This document shows, piece by piece, positions 56,390 to 64,000 of a DNA stretch of 64,000 nt. Below the pieces are notes generated by a model. That model saw only the letters and a list, made by a program, of their open reading frames with translations, was not told where the DNA came from and did not search any database. The position numbers and the translations under genes were made by a program. This DNA comes from Patescibacteria group bacterium (GTDB lineage Bacteria > Patescibacteriota > Patescibacteriia > Patescibacteriales > UBA12465), in contig JBAZZR010000003.1 in the NCBI GenBank assembly GCA_041658665.1, positions 68,125-132,124 of the forward strand, read 5' to 3'. Each line of letters opens with the position of its first letter. Positions within the stretch are counted from its first letter, which is position 1.

Positions 56390-56463
56390 TGGTCGTTAGT
56401 GGATTCGAACCACTGACCTCCGCGATGTGAACGCGGCGCTCTAACCAGCTGAGCCAAACGACC
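56390..56463 (-). tRNA. tRNA-Val (anticodon CAC)
   Basis: The minus strand folds as a canonical cloverleaf: GGTCGTT-TG-GCTC-AGCTGGTTA-GAGC-G-CCGCG-TTCACAT-CGCGG-AGGTC-AGTGG-TTCGAAT-CCACT-AACGACC-A. CCA is not encoded. Confidence 0.9.
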
Positions 56464-56523
56464 TGATTAATAAACTATTATAAGGATAAATTATTATATA
56501 CGGCTGGTCAAGGAATAAACAAG

Positions 56524-56550
56524 AAAAAAGCCCCGTAAAATTACAGGGCT
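56524..56550 (-). terminator. Intrinsic terminator after the Cys-rich ORF
   Basis: The minus strand reads AGCCCUGUAA-uuuu-ACGGGGCU (one mismatch) followed by T6. Confidence 0.55.
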
Positions 56551-56574
56551 TTATCCAATCAAATAGAGGAAATA

Positions 56575-57093
56575 CTATCCGGCTACTTCTTCGGGTAATT
56601 CTTGAGACGGACAAAAAATTTCCTGGCATTGATTAATAAACTCAATGCCACCAATATTTTTAGAAATTTCAAAAACCTCTCTAAAGAATTTACAAATAAT
56701 AAATCGCTCACTATCATCTTGAAAAAGAAAGAGGGTTCCTAGACTAAAGGGCAATAAATTTTCCTCTTTGGCTTGAAAAGTCTTAAGTAGTTTCTTTTGA
56801 CATTTCTCTAGCCCACAGCAAGTCTGCCGGAAACAAGGGCTGAAATTATTCAAGTCGGGTAGGATAAAATAACTAACTTTATGCCGACGACAAACGGGAC
56901 AGAAAATGCTAGTTTCCGGATTCTCGCCAATAGCGATAATATTAGCTATTTTCTCCTTAAGATGTTTATCTCTACTTAGAGAGGGAATTGCCTTAGGCTC
57001 CTGAAAAATGAGCGACAATAAATATTTTCCGCCATATTGACCATAGGACTTAATTTCCGGAACAATAGAAAAAAGAGCTGATTGCGGGTCCAT
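56575..57093 (-). CDS. Cys-rich hypothetical protein (172 aa) located between two tRNA genes
   Basis: It has a GAGGTG ribosome-binding site 4 nt upstream and its own terminator. Cys motifs: CPVCRR ... CFRQTCCGLEKC. Confidence 0.5.
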   Translation of the reverse strand: MDPQSALFSIVPEIKSYGQYGGKYLLSLIFQEPKAIPSLSRDKHLKEKIANIIAIGENPETSIFCPVCRRHKVSYFILPDLNNFSPCFRQTCCGLEKCQKKLLKTFQAKEENLLPFSLGTLFLFQDDSERFIICKFFREVFEISKNIGGIEFINQCQEIFCPSQELPEEVAG

Positions 57094-57149
57094 ATCACAC
57101 CTCGATGTTTATTGAAAAACGATTAATTAATTAATAAAGAACAGAACGG

Positions 57150-57233
57150 TGCCCGGGGGGGGATTTGGACCCCCATGGGATTGCTCCCACAGCGTTCTGA
57201 ACACTGCGTGTCTACCAATTTCACCACCTGGGC
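57150..57233 (-). tRNA. tRNA-Leu (anticodon CAG), class II with a long variable arm and non-canonical features
   Basis: Minus strand: GCCCAGG-TG-GTG-AAATTGGTAGA-CAC-G-CAGTG-TTCAGAA-CGCTG-TGGGAGCAATCCCAT-GGGGG-TCCAAAT-CCCCC-CCCGGGC-A. There is an A5:C68 mismatch, and the T-loop reads TCC rather than TTC. Confidence 0.8.
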
Positions 57234-57302
57234 TAAACTATTTATAGTCTGTCACAGATAATTTTGTTTGTAAATATCAAGATAACATAATAAGACAACT
57301 CA

Positions 57303-57311
57303 TGATATAAT
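57303..57311 (+). promoter_or_regulatory. Extended -10 promoter (TGaTATAAT) 7 nt upstream of the rnhB ATG, suggesting a leaderless mRNA
   Basis: caTGaTATAATcttaaatATG. No Shine-Dalgarno site and no good -35. Confidence 0.5.
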
Positions 57312-57318
57312 CTTAAAT

Positions 57319-57936
57319 ATGATAAATCTAGATACCGAACAAGAATATTTTAAGCTCGGTTACCGGCTTATCGGCGGAGTCGACGAAGCCGGACGCGGCC
57401 CTCTAGCCGGACCGGTTGTCGCCGCTTGTGTCGTAATTGATTCTAATTTTAAAATAACTAACTCTGATTTGGCTTTAGTTAATGATTCTAAAAAACTAAC
57501 CGCCCAAAAACGAGAAAAACTTTTTACTATCATCAGAGAAAAGGCCTTAGCCGTAGAAATTGGCGTCGTGGATAATTTAGTAATTGATAAGATTAATATT
57601 CTCCAAGCTAGTTTTTTAGCGATGCGCCACGCTATAAAAAAAATCGCGGTTAGCCCCGATTATATTCTTCTAGATGGTGCTTTTAAAATTCCTAAATTAG
57701 CGAAACCACAAACCGCTATCATCAAAGGTGATGCTAAAGTCTGGACTATCGCCGCCGCTTCAATAATCGCTAAAGTCAGCCGCGACTGGCTCATGTCAGA
57801 AATCGACAAAAAATATCCCGAGTATTTATTTAAAAAACATAAAGGCTACGGGACCAAGCTCCATTTAGAAAAAATAAAAGAATACGGCCCCTGTCCAATT
57901 CACCGTTTTAGCTTTAAACCGATAAGGGTAAAATAA
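57319..57936 (+). CDS. rnhB: Ribonuclease HII
   Basis: GVDEAGRGPLAGPVVAA and DSKKL motifs. Confidence 0.93.
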   Translation: MINLDTEQEYFKLGYRLIGGVDEAGRGPLAGPVVAACVVIDSNFKITNSDLALVNDSKKLTAQKREKLFTIIREKALAVEIGVVDNLVIDKINILQASFLAMRHAIKKIAVSPDYILLDGAFKIPKLAKPQTAIIKGDAKVWTIAAASIIAKVSRDWLMSEIDKKYPEYLFKKHKGYGTKLHLEKIKEYGPCPIHRFSFKPIRVK

Positions 57937-57938
57937 AG

Positions 57939-58244
57939 TTACCCACGGTGATACATCCGACTATTTTCTTCTCGGTCTTCATCCAAACATTTTATCCGCT
58001 CTTCGGCCTTAAGTCTGTTAGCCTCTTCTTCGAGCTCCTTCCTTTTTTTCTCTCTCATAATCGCCTCTTGATGAGCACGCGCTAAATCTAAATCATCCAG
58101 CGACTCATCGTTTTGACTATCGTCTATATTCTGTTCGGAGCTAGGTCGTAATTTAGTATCATCTAAATTTTTAGCTTCCGAACTTTTAGCTAGTTTTTTC
58201 TCACTGTCAAAATCTAACTCATAATTATAATTTTCTTTAGCCAT
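57939..58244 (-). CDS. Small, highly acidic, low-complexity/coiled-coil hypothetical protein (101 aa)
   Basis: The ORF is bracketed by a 15-nt direct repeat. The composition is D/E/K-rich. Confidence 0.45.
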   Translation of the reverse strand: MAKENYNYELDFDSEKKLAKSSEAKNLDDTKLRPSSEQNIDDSQNDESLDDLDLARAHQEAIMREKKRKELEEEANRLKAEERIKCLDEDREENSRMYHRG

Positions 58245-58299
58245 ATTTTAAAAATTAGTTTATTTATACATCCGACTATTCATCAATCTGTCTATTTAA

Positions 58300-58329
58300 A
58301 TAATAATCCTTTTTTAGACTACTTGTCAA
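58300..58329 (-). promoter_or_regulatory. Candidate promoter (TTGACA-18 nt-TATTAT) for the acidic ORF
   Basis: -35 at 58324-58329 and -10 at 58300-58305 on the minus strand. Confidence 0.35.
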
Positions 58330-58354
58330 AAATTTATATCGAAAAAGTTAATAT

Positions 58355-58381
58355 AAAAAGAACCGCTCTACGGTTCTTTTT
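58355..58381. terminator. Bidirectional intrinsic terminator after the giant surface-protein gene
   Basis: AAAAAGAACCG-ctcta-CGGTTCTTTTT. Confidence 0.75.
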
Positions 58382-58441
58382 ATCTAATATTAAATATATT
58401 TATTTATTTTATTGTTTCCTATTATTTTTTATCTCTCTTTT

Positions 58442-61400
58442 TTATTTCTTAGCGCCGCTATAAGAAACCGCCCGAACAACATTCCAAGCTAAAGCATTGA
58501 CTGGCTGATGGCCATAGACCCAGCGGAAACTTTTAATAGCCGCCGCTTCGCTCGCTAAATTACGTTGCGTCGGCAATAATCCATAAGCGATAACCATAAT
58601 CGCGTTAGAGTCGGCCTTATTAGCCATCACCGCGTTACGGGCATAGACTTTTTTAAACTCTAATTTCGCCTGATTTTCTGCCGCTATATTTCGCTCACTC
58701 GGCCAGCGACCACTAGCAATCTTCAACACATCAGACCATTCTCCTCCAGCATTTGGTAATTTACCATAAGCCTGATAATAAGAATTAGTAACTCCTGCTC
58801 GTTCACCAACGCCGAGACGCTGCGTAGTCGGGGTACCGTAGACGATAAAATCATTGATACTTTCTTTTTCATCCGTCGTAATTTTTTTATCTTGCCCTAA
58901 AATTGTTTTGTATTTTACTAGACTCGCCTGTTCACTAAGAGCATTAGCTTTTTTACCTAAATATGTTAACAGGGTTGCCGTATTATTAGCGCTAACAATT
59001 CCAGACTCAGTAGCAATATTTCCTAAAACATTACTAATCGGGGAAACCGGAGCCGGAGGAGTCGAAGGAGTTGAAGGAGTTGAAGCGGGCGGAAGAGTCG
59101 AAGTAGTAGGAGGGGTAGAAGTAGCAACAGTGGTTTGACAAGTCCTTTGAGCAGCTGCTTGTTGAGCAGTGATTAAAGTACAACTACTAGGAGTACTAGT
59201 AAGAACGGAACGGGTTTGAATATTGCCGAAGCAAGAGGCGCCCCAGTCTGAATAAGTAACTGAACTACAATAGACAGTGGCCGGACTACCGCCACCAGTA
59301 CTGCCGGAAGAAGAGCTACTAATAGTATAAACAGAAGTAGCCACTGGACCAGCGGAATTATTATTATAACAGGCTAAACTTTTAATAGTTTTGGTAGAAG
59401 TAATAGAAATAGCTCCGGAGTATAGAGTACCGGCGCTACAAGTAGTAGCGTTAGAACAGCTAGGTGTTGAACCATCAACCGTATAACAGATAGCGGTAGA
59501 ACCAGCCGCGGCGAGAGTAACGCTCTGTGTACTGGAATAGGTACTAGCGGCCGGAGACGGGGTCGGGGCGGCAACCACCACGCCGTCCATATTGCCGACA
59601 TTACTATTTAGACCGGTGTTTAAATCGCCAGTGACGGAGGAGGGTATAGTTGTAGTCGTAGAAGCCACCGCCGAAGCAGCCGACTCGCCTGAAGCATTCA
59701 AGGCCGAAATTTTATAGTAATAAATGGTACTAGTAGCGAGCCCCGAATCAGAATAAGTCGTAGTGAGTCCCGACGCAACAGTTGGTTCAGATCCTATTCT
59801 TGGGAAATCTCCTGACCCAGAAGTATTTCTATATATATCATAACTAGTTGCTCCGCTTACCGCACTCCAGGAAAGATTAATTTGAGTCGGCCGATAGAGC
59901 GTCGCCGCTAATCCCGAAGGTGTGGCGGGAGCATCGTCGGCCGGAACAGTCGGCGCGAATGAGGATAAATGGGATACTGTTCCAGAAAGTGTTACTGCCG
60001 GATCGGAATCTAAATCGTTTAGCGAAGCGGCAGTGGCCGGATGTAAAGTTACTGAAGTAGGAATTTCCACCCAGTTATTAGCGGTAGAGTCCCAATAAGA
60101 AATTTTCATTCCCTGGACCTGAGAAAAAGAAAGACCTTGTTCTTCAATCTCAGCTTTGGTCACAGTGAATTCAATCGTAATACTGCCCGACAAGGTTGTA
60201 ATATTTTGGTTAGAGCTGTTACGCGCGGTAATATCACGAGCATTGCCAATAACTTTTGTAGAGGCAACGGTCGGAACATTAGTCGTATTTTTTACTTCGA
60301 CTGTACCAGCGCTCGAACCAGTCCCTAAAGAATTTTTAGGAAAATCAACTTTAATTCCATCCTCCTGAATAATTCCCCCAGAAGAGGGCGTAATTGGTGA
60401 ATTTTTTAAATTTGCAGAAAAACCGACAATTGTCGCTAGAGTTATATTTGTGCCCGTCGCCGGCGCGGTAACTAATGTCGAAGTCGAATTGTAGCCATCA
60501 TAAGCGGCCTGAACGTTCCAATTACCACTGCCAACATTTAAAGAATAAGTACCGTTAGCATCGGTTGATCCGCCTGACCAGCCACCAGTATTATTTTGTG
60601 CCCAAACTCGCGCGTTAGTAACCTTAGTTACTCCGTTCGGGAGATAAACGGTTCCCGCTATAGTACTCTCAGCGGCGGAAAGGGTTAAATCTTTACCAGT
60701 TAAAGGCGCCCCACTAACTGTTACTGTAATTTTATTACCAATATAACCCGGCTTACCGACGCCGATATCATAGGTGCCATTTCTTAATTTCAAAGTATAA
60801 GTTCCATCATCCGCTGTTTGCGCACCACCACCGCCATTTGATCCCGAGGTCCAAATCCAGGCGCCGCCATTACTATCGCTACCCGTTACCGTCCCCGAGA
60901 CAGAATAAAATCCTCCTAAAGTATATTCAATAATGCCGTCGTTAGCCGTTCCACTCGCTTCAGTAAATGTCCCATTACTATTTACCACAATAGTATTTTG
61001 CACTAACGGTCCATAGCCCGGAATACCTCCTTCCACGTAATAAGTGGTTGACCCAGAACCAGGACGAGGGATATCAATCTGATATTCTCGATAAAGAGAG
61101 CCCCCCGCGGCCACATCAACATCCGAAAATCCGCCGCCCTGATCACTATGAACGCCAATAAATGCTTGAGAAAAATCAGTCGCCGGAGAAATCCGAACCT
61201 TAATAGTCGAGGCGAGTAAAGTAATATTCTGTACGGTGCTAGTGCTAATTGTTCCTAAATTTTCTTTATACACTTCGCCTTTCCCGGGTAATCCGACATG
61301 AATCCAACGATTACTACCGCCAGAAATACGCGCCGAATATGCCCCTCCGGAATCAGTGCCGCCACTACCCAACATTTGTCCACGCTCCCCCTCGGTAATA

Positions 61401-64000
61401 AATATAAAAGCTTGCTGTAAGCCGACGCCACCCTTAGTAACCGTCCCAGACACCGTATAATTATTAGACGAACTAACATTAAAGTTAACCGTCGGATGAG
61501 TTTCGGAACTGACAACAATTCCCTGTTGTTCACCTAAAAACCCAAATGACTGTGAATTCGCGCCAATATGATAATTATTTCCCGGGCCAACATACATTTT
61601 ATAATATCCTTGACTGTCCGTTTGAGCATTACCATTTCCTGGACCGCCTTCTAGCCAAGCATAGAGAGAAACATTAGCGAGACCATTACCCGCCGCGTCT
61701 TTAACATAACCTTCAATAAAATCAGAAGGCGGAGCGATTATAATTGTCGGGCCTTTATCGGGCTGACCGACTAAATAAGTATCATCAACTTCAACCTGCA
61801 CTTCAACCGGAAAAGGCATATTATCTCCGCCTACTCCTATTTTCCACATTCCTCTAGAAACATTAAGAGTAAAAGTGCCATTCTCCGCTACTTGCGCACC
61901 AGTTCCCTTTCCTTCTTGCGGTTGATAGGCAAAGACCCATAATTTACCTCGCTCTTCGCTACCAAAATTACCTGACGGTTTTTCAACATGACCAACGATT
62001 TTATGCGTGGCTGCAGAAAAAATAAAATTGTTTGTAGATGTTAAGACGGAATCAGAAATAGTCGCCAACTGCGATTCGGGATCGGTGAATGAAGTTGAGG
62101 CCGTAATACCACCAACCGTTGAAGGCTGGATATGTGCTTCAATTCTATAAACACCATTAGAGGAAACACCAATCGCGTAATTAGCGACACAACTACCGTT
62201 CGTCGTAAAAAAAGCCGGATTAGCTTCTTTAAAACCCGTGCTAATACTCTCGGGCGCAGCAAACACGACTACTCTTTTATTTCGTCCGCCGTCGCTACAA
62301 GACGAACCAAGCGTCATCGTCCCAGAAATAATTCGCGTCGTCGCGGGCATAAATAAATTTTGAGTCGTTCCCGTGTTGACTTCTTTACCGGAAGAATTTA
62401 AATGCGTTCCGGTTATATCATAAGCCCAAGTATAGCCCATAGAAGAAACCCCCGTAATAGAAAATCGATTAGTATCGGCGTCATAAGTCATATATCCATC
62501 ACCAACAGCGTAAACCGTCTCACCATTCGTTCCACCAATAACGATCCGAATATTAGAGTTGTCTTCATCCGTCATCGGCGTCGAGGTTCCCGCTGAATAA
62601 TATACTTTTGCCGTATAGGTGCCAGCGATATCAAAAAAAGTATTTTGTCCCATGTCATTCATTAGATCACCAGCCTTAATATTGACTGGGCCACCTTGCG
62701 CGCCGTCAGGGACTTTTACTACAATAGATGAGGTCGACCAGGTTGCCCCGGTATAATCTGCTTCGATCGGAGGAAGCGGACCAGTTTGCTGGCTGAATCC
62801 ACCAGAGAAGAGAACTTTATGATTATTATCACCAATACTGCCCTCTCCGAGAGTACCAAACCCCGTACCAGTAATTGTTACCGTCGCGCCTACGGCGCCA
62901 GATCGAGGGCTTATATTAGTAATATTGGGCAGACTAAGAACTTGAACGGGCATACTTGAACTAGCATAGGCGGTGAGTCTATTATTTGCTCCGCTTAAAT
63001 CCGTAATTGTGGTAGAAGTCGGGACAGAAAAAGAAACGGTGCCTGATAAATTAAGACCGCGAATAGTTATTTTCGTTCCCGAAAAATCTATAAAGGGATT
63101 ACCCGCACCGCCACAAGTCGTCGAGGTAGCGTTGATAATATAATTAGGGGCACAGTTCATCGCTTGCATCCCGTCGACATTTTCACTTAAATCTAAAATA
63201 ATTCTATCCGTAAACGCAGCGGCAGAACTAATGTATGGAGCCGCGTCGGCCACTACCGTAACCAAATTTGATAAATTACCCGCCTGATCACTAACTCGCG
63301 TTTTTACGCTTGTATAAGTCGTGGTATTAATTGAAATTGGCGCAAAATTACCCGCTGGCCCTAACGTAGCTTGCCCTAAAAACGTTGTGCCATCCATATC
63401 ATAAACTTTTACTACGCTACCCTCCATACCAATAGACGAGCCATTCCTCGCTAGAATCTGATTATTCCCTAAAATGAAATTATCACCTAAAATATTAGCC
63501 GGTGCGATTGCATCCAAACGAAGCGGCGCCGTAGAAACAGCCGAGATTGTTGGCGATACATCGCTAGTAGTAATACTATCAGAAGCCATCGAGATTATAA
63601 ATTCATGCGTATCAGAATTTAAGTCGGCAGCTGTTTTAAAAACAACAAAAAACACGCTCGGTGTTTCAGAGAGTGTTATAGAATCCTTTAAAGTAAGCGC
63701 AGTTAAAAATAATCCAGAACCAGTCCAAACGGGAGTAGAGGAAGCTTCTAAAAATCCACTAGCTTCACTATATAAAGAAATCCCTGAACTGCTGCTCGTA
63801 GCTAGCGCCGCTAAATCGCTAGTAGAAAACCCCGTACTGCCCGCGTCGGCCACTCCGACGGTCACTGCCGTAAGTGTTTCCCCGGTACCAGTTAAAGAAA
63901 TTCGGATAGCGCTTGTTGTAGCACTATTCCCTTTCACCCAAGTAGGCGAAGCGATCAGATTAGTAGTAGTAGCGCTCACCGCGGCGTGGGCGGAAGAAAA
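58442..64000 (-). CDS. Giant secreted/surface multi-domain protein (>1852 aa; N-terminus outside the window)
   Basis: The reading frame stays open to the window edge (FSSAHAA/VSATTT looks like the end of a signal peptide). Motifs seen: IPT/TIG-like PNITNISPRSGAVGATVTITGTGFG; several carboxypeptidase-regulatory-like units (GYVKDAAGNGLANVSLYAW..TDSQGYYKM; GTVYLPNGVTKVTNARVWAQ..TDANGTYSL); FN3 (INLSWSAVSGATSYDIYRN..YYYKISALNASGES); a Pro/Thr linker; and a duplicated C-terminal module. Confidence 0.85.
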   Translation of the reverse strand, partial: FSSAHAAVSATTTNLIASPTWVKGNSATTSAIRISLTGTGETLTAVTVGVADAGSTGFSTSDLAALATSSSSGISLYSEASGFLEASSTPVWTGSGLFLTALTLKDSITLSETPSVFFVVFKTAADLNSDTHEFIISMASDSITTSDVSPTISAVSTAPLRLDAIAPANILGDNFILGNNQILARNGSSIGMEGSVVKVYDMDGTTFLGQATLGPAGNFAPISINTTTYTSVKTRVSDQAGNLSNLVTVVADAAPYISSAAAFTDRIILDLSENVDGMQAMNCAPNYIINATSTTCGGAGNPFIDFSGTKITIRGLNLSGTVSFSVPTSTTITDLSGANNRLTAYASSSMPVQVLSLPNITNISPRSGAVGATVTITGTGFGTLGEGSIGDNNHKVLFSGGFSQQTGPLPPIEADYTGATWSTSSIVVKVPDGAQGGPVNIKAGDLMNDMGQNTFFDIAGTYTAKVYYSAGTSTPMTDEDNSNIRIVIGGTNGETVYAVGDGYMTYDADTNRFSITGVSSMGYTWAYDITGTHLNSSGKEVNTGTTQNLFMPATTRIISGTMTLGSSCSDGGRNKRVVVFAAPESISTGFKEANPAFFTTNGSCVANYAIGVSSNGVYRIEAHIQPSTVGGITASTSFTDPESQLATISDSVLTSTNNFIFSAATHKIVGHVEKPSGNFGSEERGKLWVFAYQPQEGKGTGAQVAENGTFTLNVSRGMWKIGVGGDNMPFPVEVQVEVDDTYLVGQPDKGPTIIIAPPSDFIEGYVKDAAGNGLANVSLYAWLEGGPGNGNAQTDSQGYYKMYVGPGNNYHIGANSQSFGFLGEQQGIVVSSETHPTVNFNVSSSNNYTVSGTVTKGGVGLQQAFIFITEGERGQMLGSGGTDSGGAYSARISGGSNRWIHVGLPGKGEVYKENLGTISTSTVQNITLLASTIKVRISPATDFSQAFIGVHSDQGGGFSDVDVAAGGSLYREYQIDIPRPGSGSTTYYVEGGIPGYGPLVQNTIVVNSNGTFTEASGTANDGIIEYTLGGFYSVSGTVTGSDSNGGAWIWTSGSNGGGGAQTADDGTYTLKLRNGTYDIGVGKPGYIGNKITVTVSGAPLTGKDLTLSAAESTIAGTVYLPNGVTKVTNARVWAQNNTGGWSGGSTDANGTYSLNVGSGNWNVQAAYDGYNSTSTLVTAPATGTNITLATIVGFSANLKNSPITPSSGGIIQEDGIKVDFPKNSLGTGSSAGTVEVKNTTNVPTVASTKVIGNARDITARNSSNQNITTLSGSITIEFTVTKAEIEEQGLSFSQVQGMKISYWDSTANNWVEIPTSVTLHPATAASLNDLDSDPAVTLSGTVSHLSSFAPTVPADDAPATPSGLAATLYRPTQINLSWSAVSGATSYDIYRNTSGSGDFPRIGSEPTVASGLTTTYSDSGLATSTIYYYKISALNASGESAASAVASTTTTIPSSVTGDLNTGLNSNVGNMDGVVVAAPTPSPAASTYSSTQSVTLAAAGSTAICYTVDGSTPSCSNATTCSAGTLYSGAISITSTKTIKSLACYNNNSAGPVATSVYTISSSSSGSTGGGSPATVYCSSVTYSDWGASCFGNIQTRSVLTSTPSSCTLITAQQAAAQRTCQTTVATSTPPTTSTLPPASTPSTPSTPPAPVSPISNVLGNIATESGIVSANNTATLLTYLGKKANALSEQASLVKYKTILGQDKKITTDEKESINDFIVYGTPTTQRLGVGERAGVTNSYYQAYGKLPNAGGEWSDVLKIASGRWPSERNIAAENQAKLEFKKVYARNAVMANKADSNAIMVIAYGLLPTQRNLASEAAAIKSFRWVYGHQPVNALAWNVVRAVSYSGAKK

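Noticed and set aside
56441-56629. A 62-aa minus-strand ORF.
   Set aside because: It overlaps tRNA-Val and the terminator of the upstream gene, so it is spurious.
55959-57318. A possible integrated mobile element or prophage remnant around the two tRNA genes and the holin-family-like membrane protein.
   Set aside because: I found no integrase, recombinase, terminase, capsid or lysin genes and no duplicated tRNA 3' segment. The DUF360-type protein is common as a chromosomal gene.
59030-59110. Short tandem-looking DNA repeats (ggagtcgaaggagttgaaggagttgaagc...).
   Set aside because: They encode the Pro/Thr/Ser-rich interdomain linker of the giant surface protein. This is low-complexity coding sequence, not a satellite or regulatory repeat.

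Overview
Coordinates of small motifs were counted by hand and may be off by 1-2 nt. This is a gene-dense, AT-rich bacterial chromosomal segment. It holds about 60 protein genes, most on the minus strand, and 2 tRNA genes. I saw no rRNA, no CRISPR array, and no transposase, integrase, reverse transcriptase or phage core genes. The backbone is housekeeping: nusG(partial)-rplK-rplA, rpsB-tsf, nifS-nifU, gap, eno-pyk, mraZ-rsmH-ftsL-ftsI-murF, cysS-dus, rlmN, tgt, cca, rnhB, sod and ricT. Several traits together suggest a reduced Candidate Phyla Radiation / Patescibacteria (Parcubacteria-like) genome, which is inference only: very short intergenic spacers, domain-truncated enzymes (pyruvate kinase without a C-domain, half-size TsaB), a DUF4012 plus glycosyltransferase envelope cluster, two giant repeat proteins, and few Shine-Dalgarno sites. 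The genetic code is standard, since TGA is used as a stop in an ATGA overlap at 2545-2548. The items most worth follow-up are these: (1) an operon of a histidine-phosphatase-fold gene followed by two tandem proteins whose only recognisable part is a C-terminal phosphohistidine swivel domain (48851-52554); (2) a 1879-aa cytoplasmic-looking giant protein with two internal repeat arrays and a C-terminal transglutaminase-like Cys-His-Asp core (10307-15946), plus a second, secreted transglutaminase-like protein (18578-20134); (3) a surface protein of more than 1850 aa that runs off the window edge (58442-64000); (4) a divergent pyrD/pyrF/pyrE-like trio that carries canonical Shine-Dalgarno sites, unlike the core genes I checked (39917-42918); (5) a Tgt homolog lacking all four zinc ligands; (6) a sigma-70 region 4 plus HARE-HTH fusion protein. 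All functional calls come from motifs recognised by eye in the supplied translations. No database search was run.
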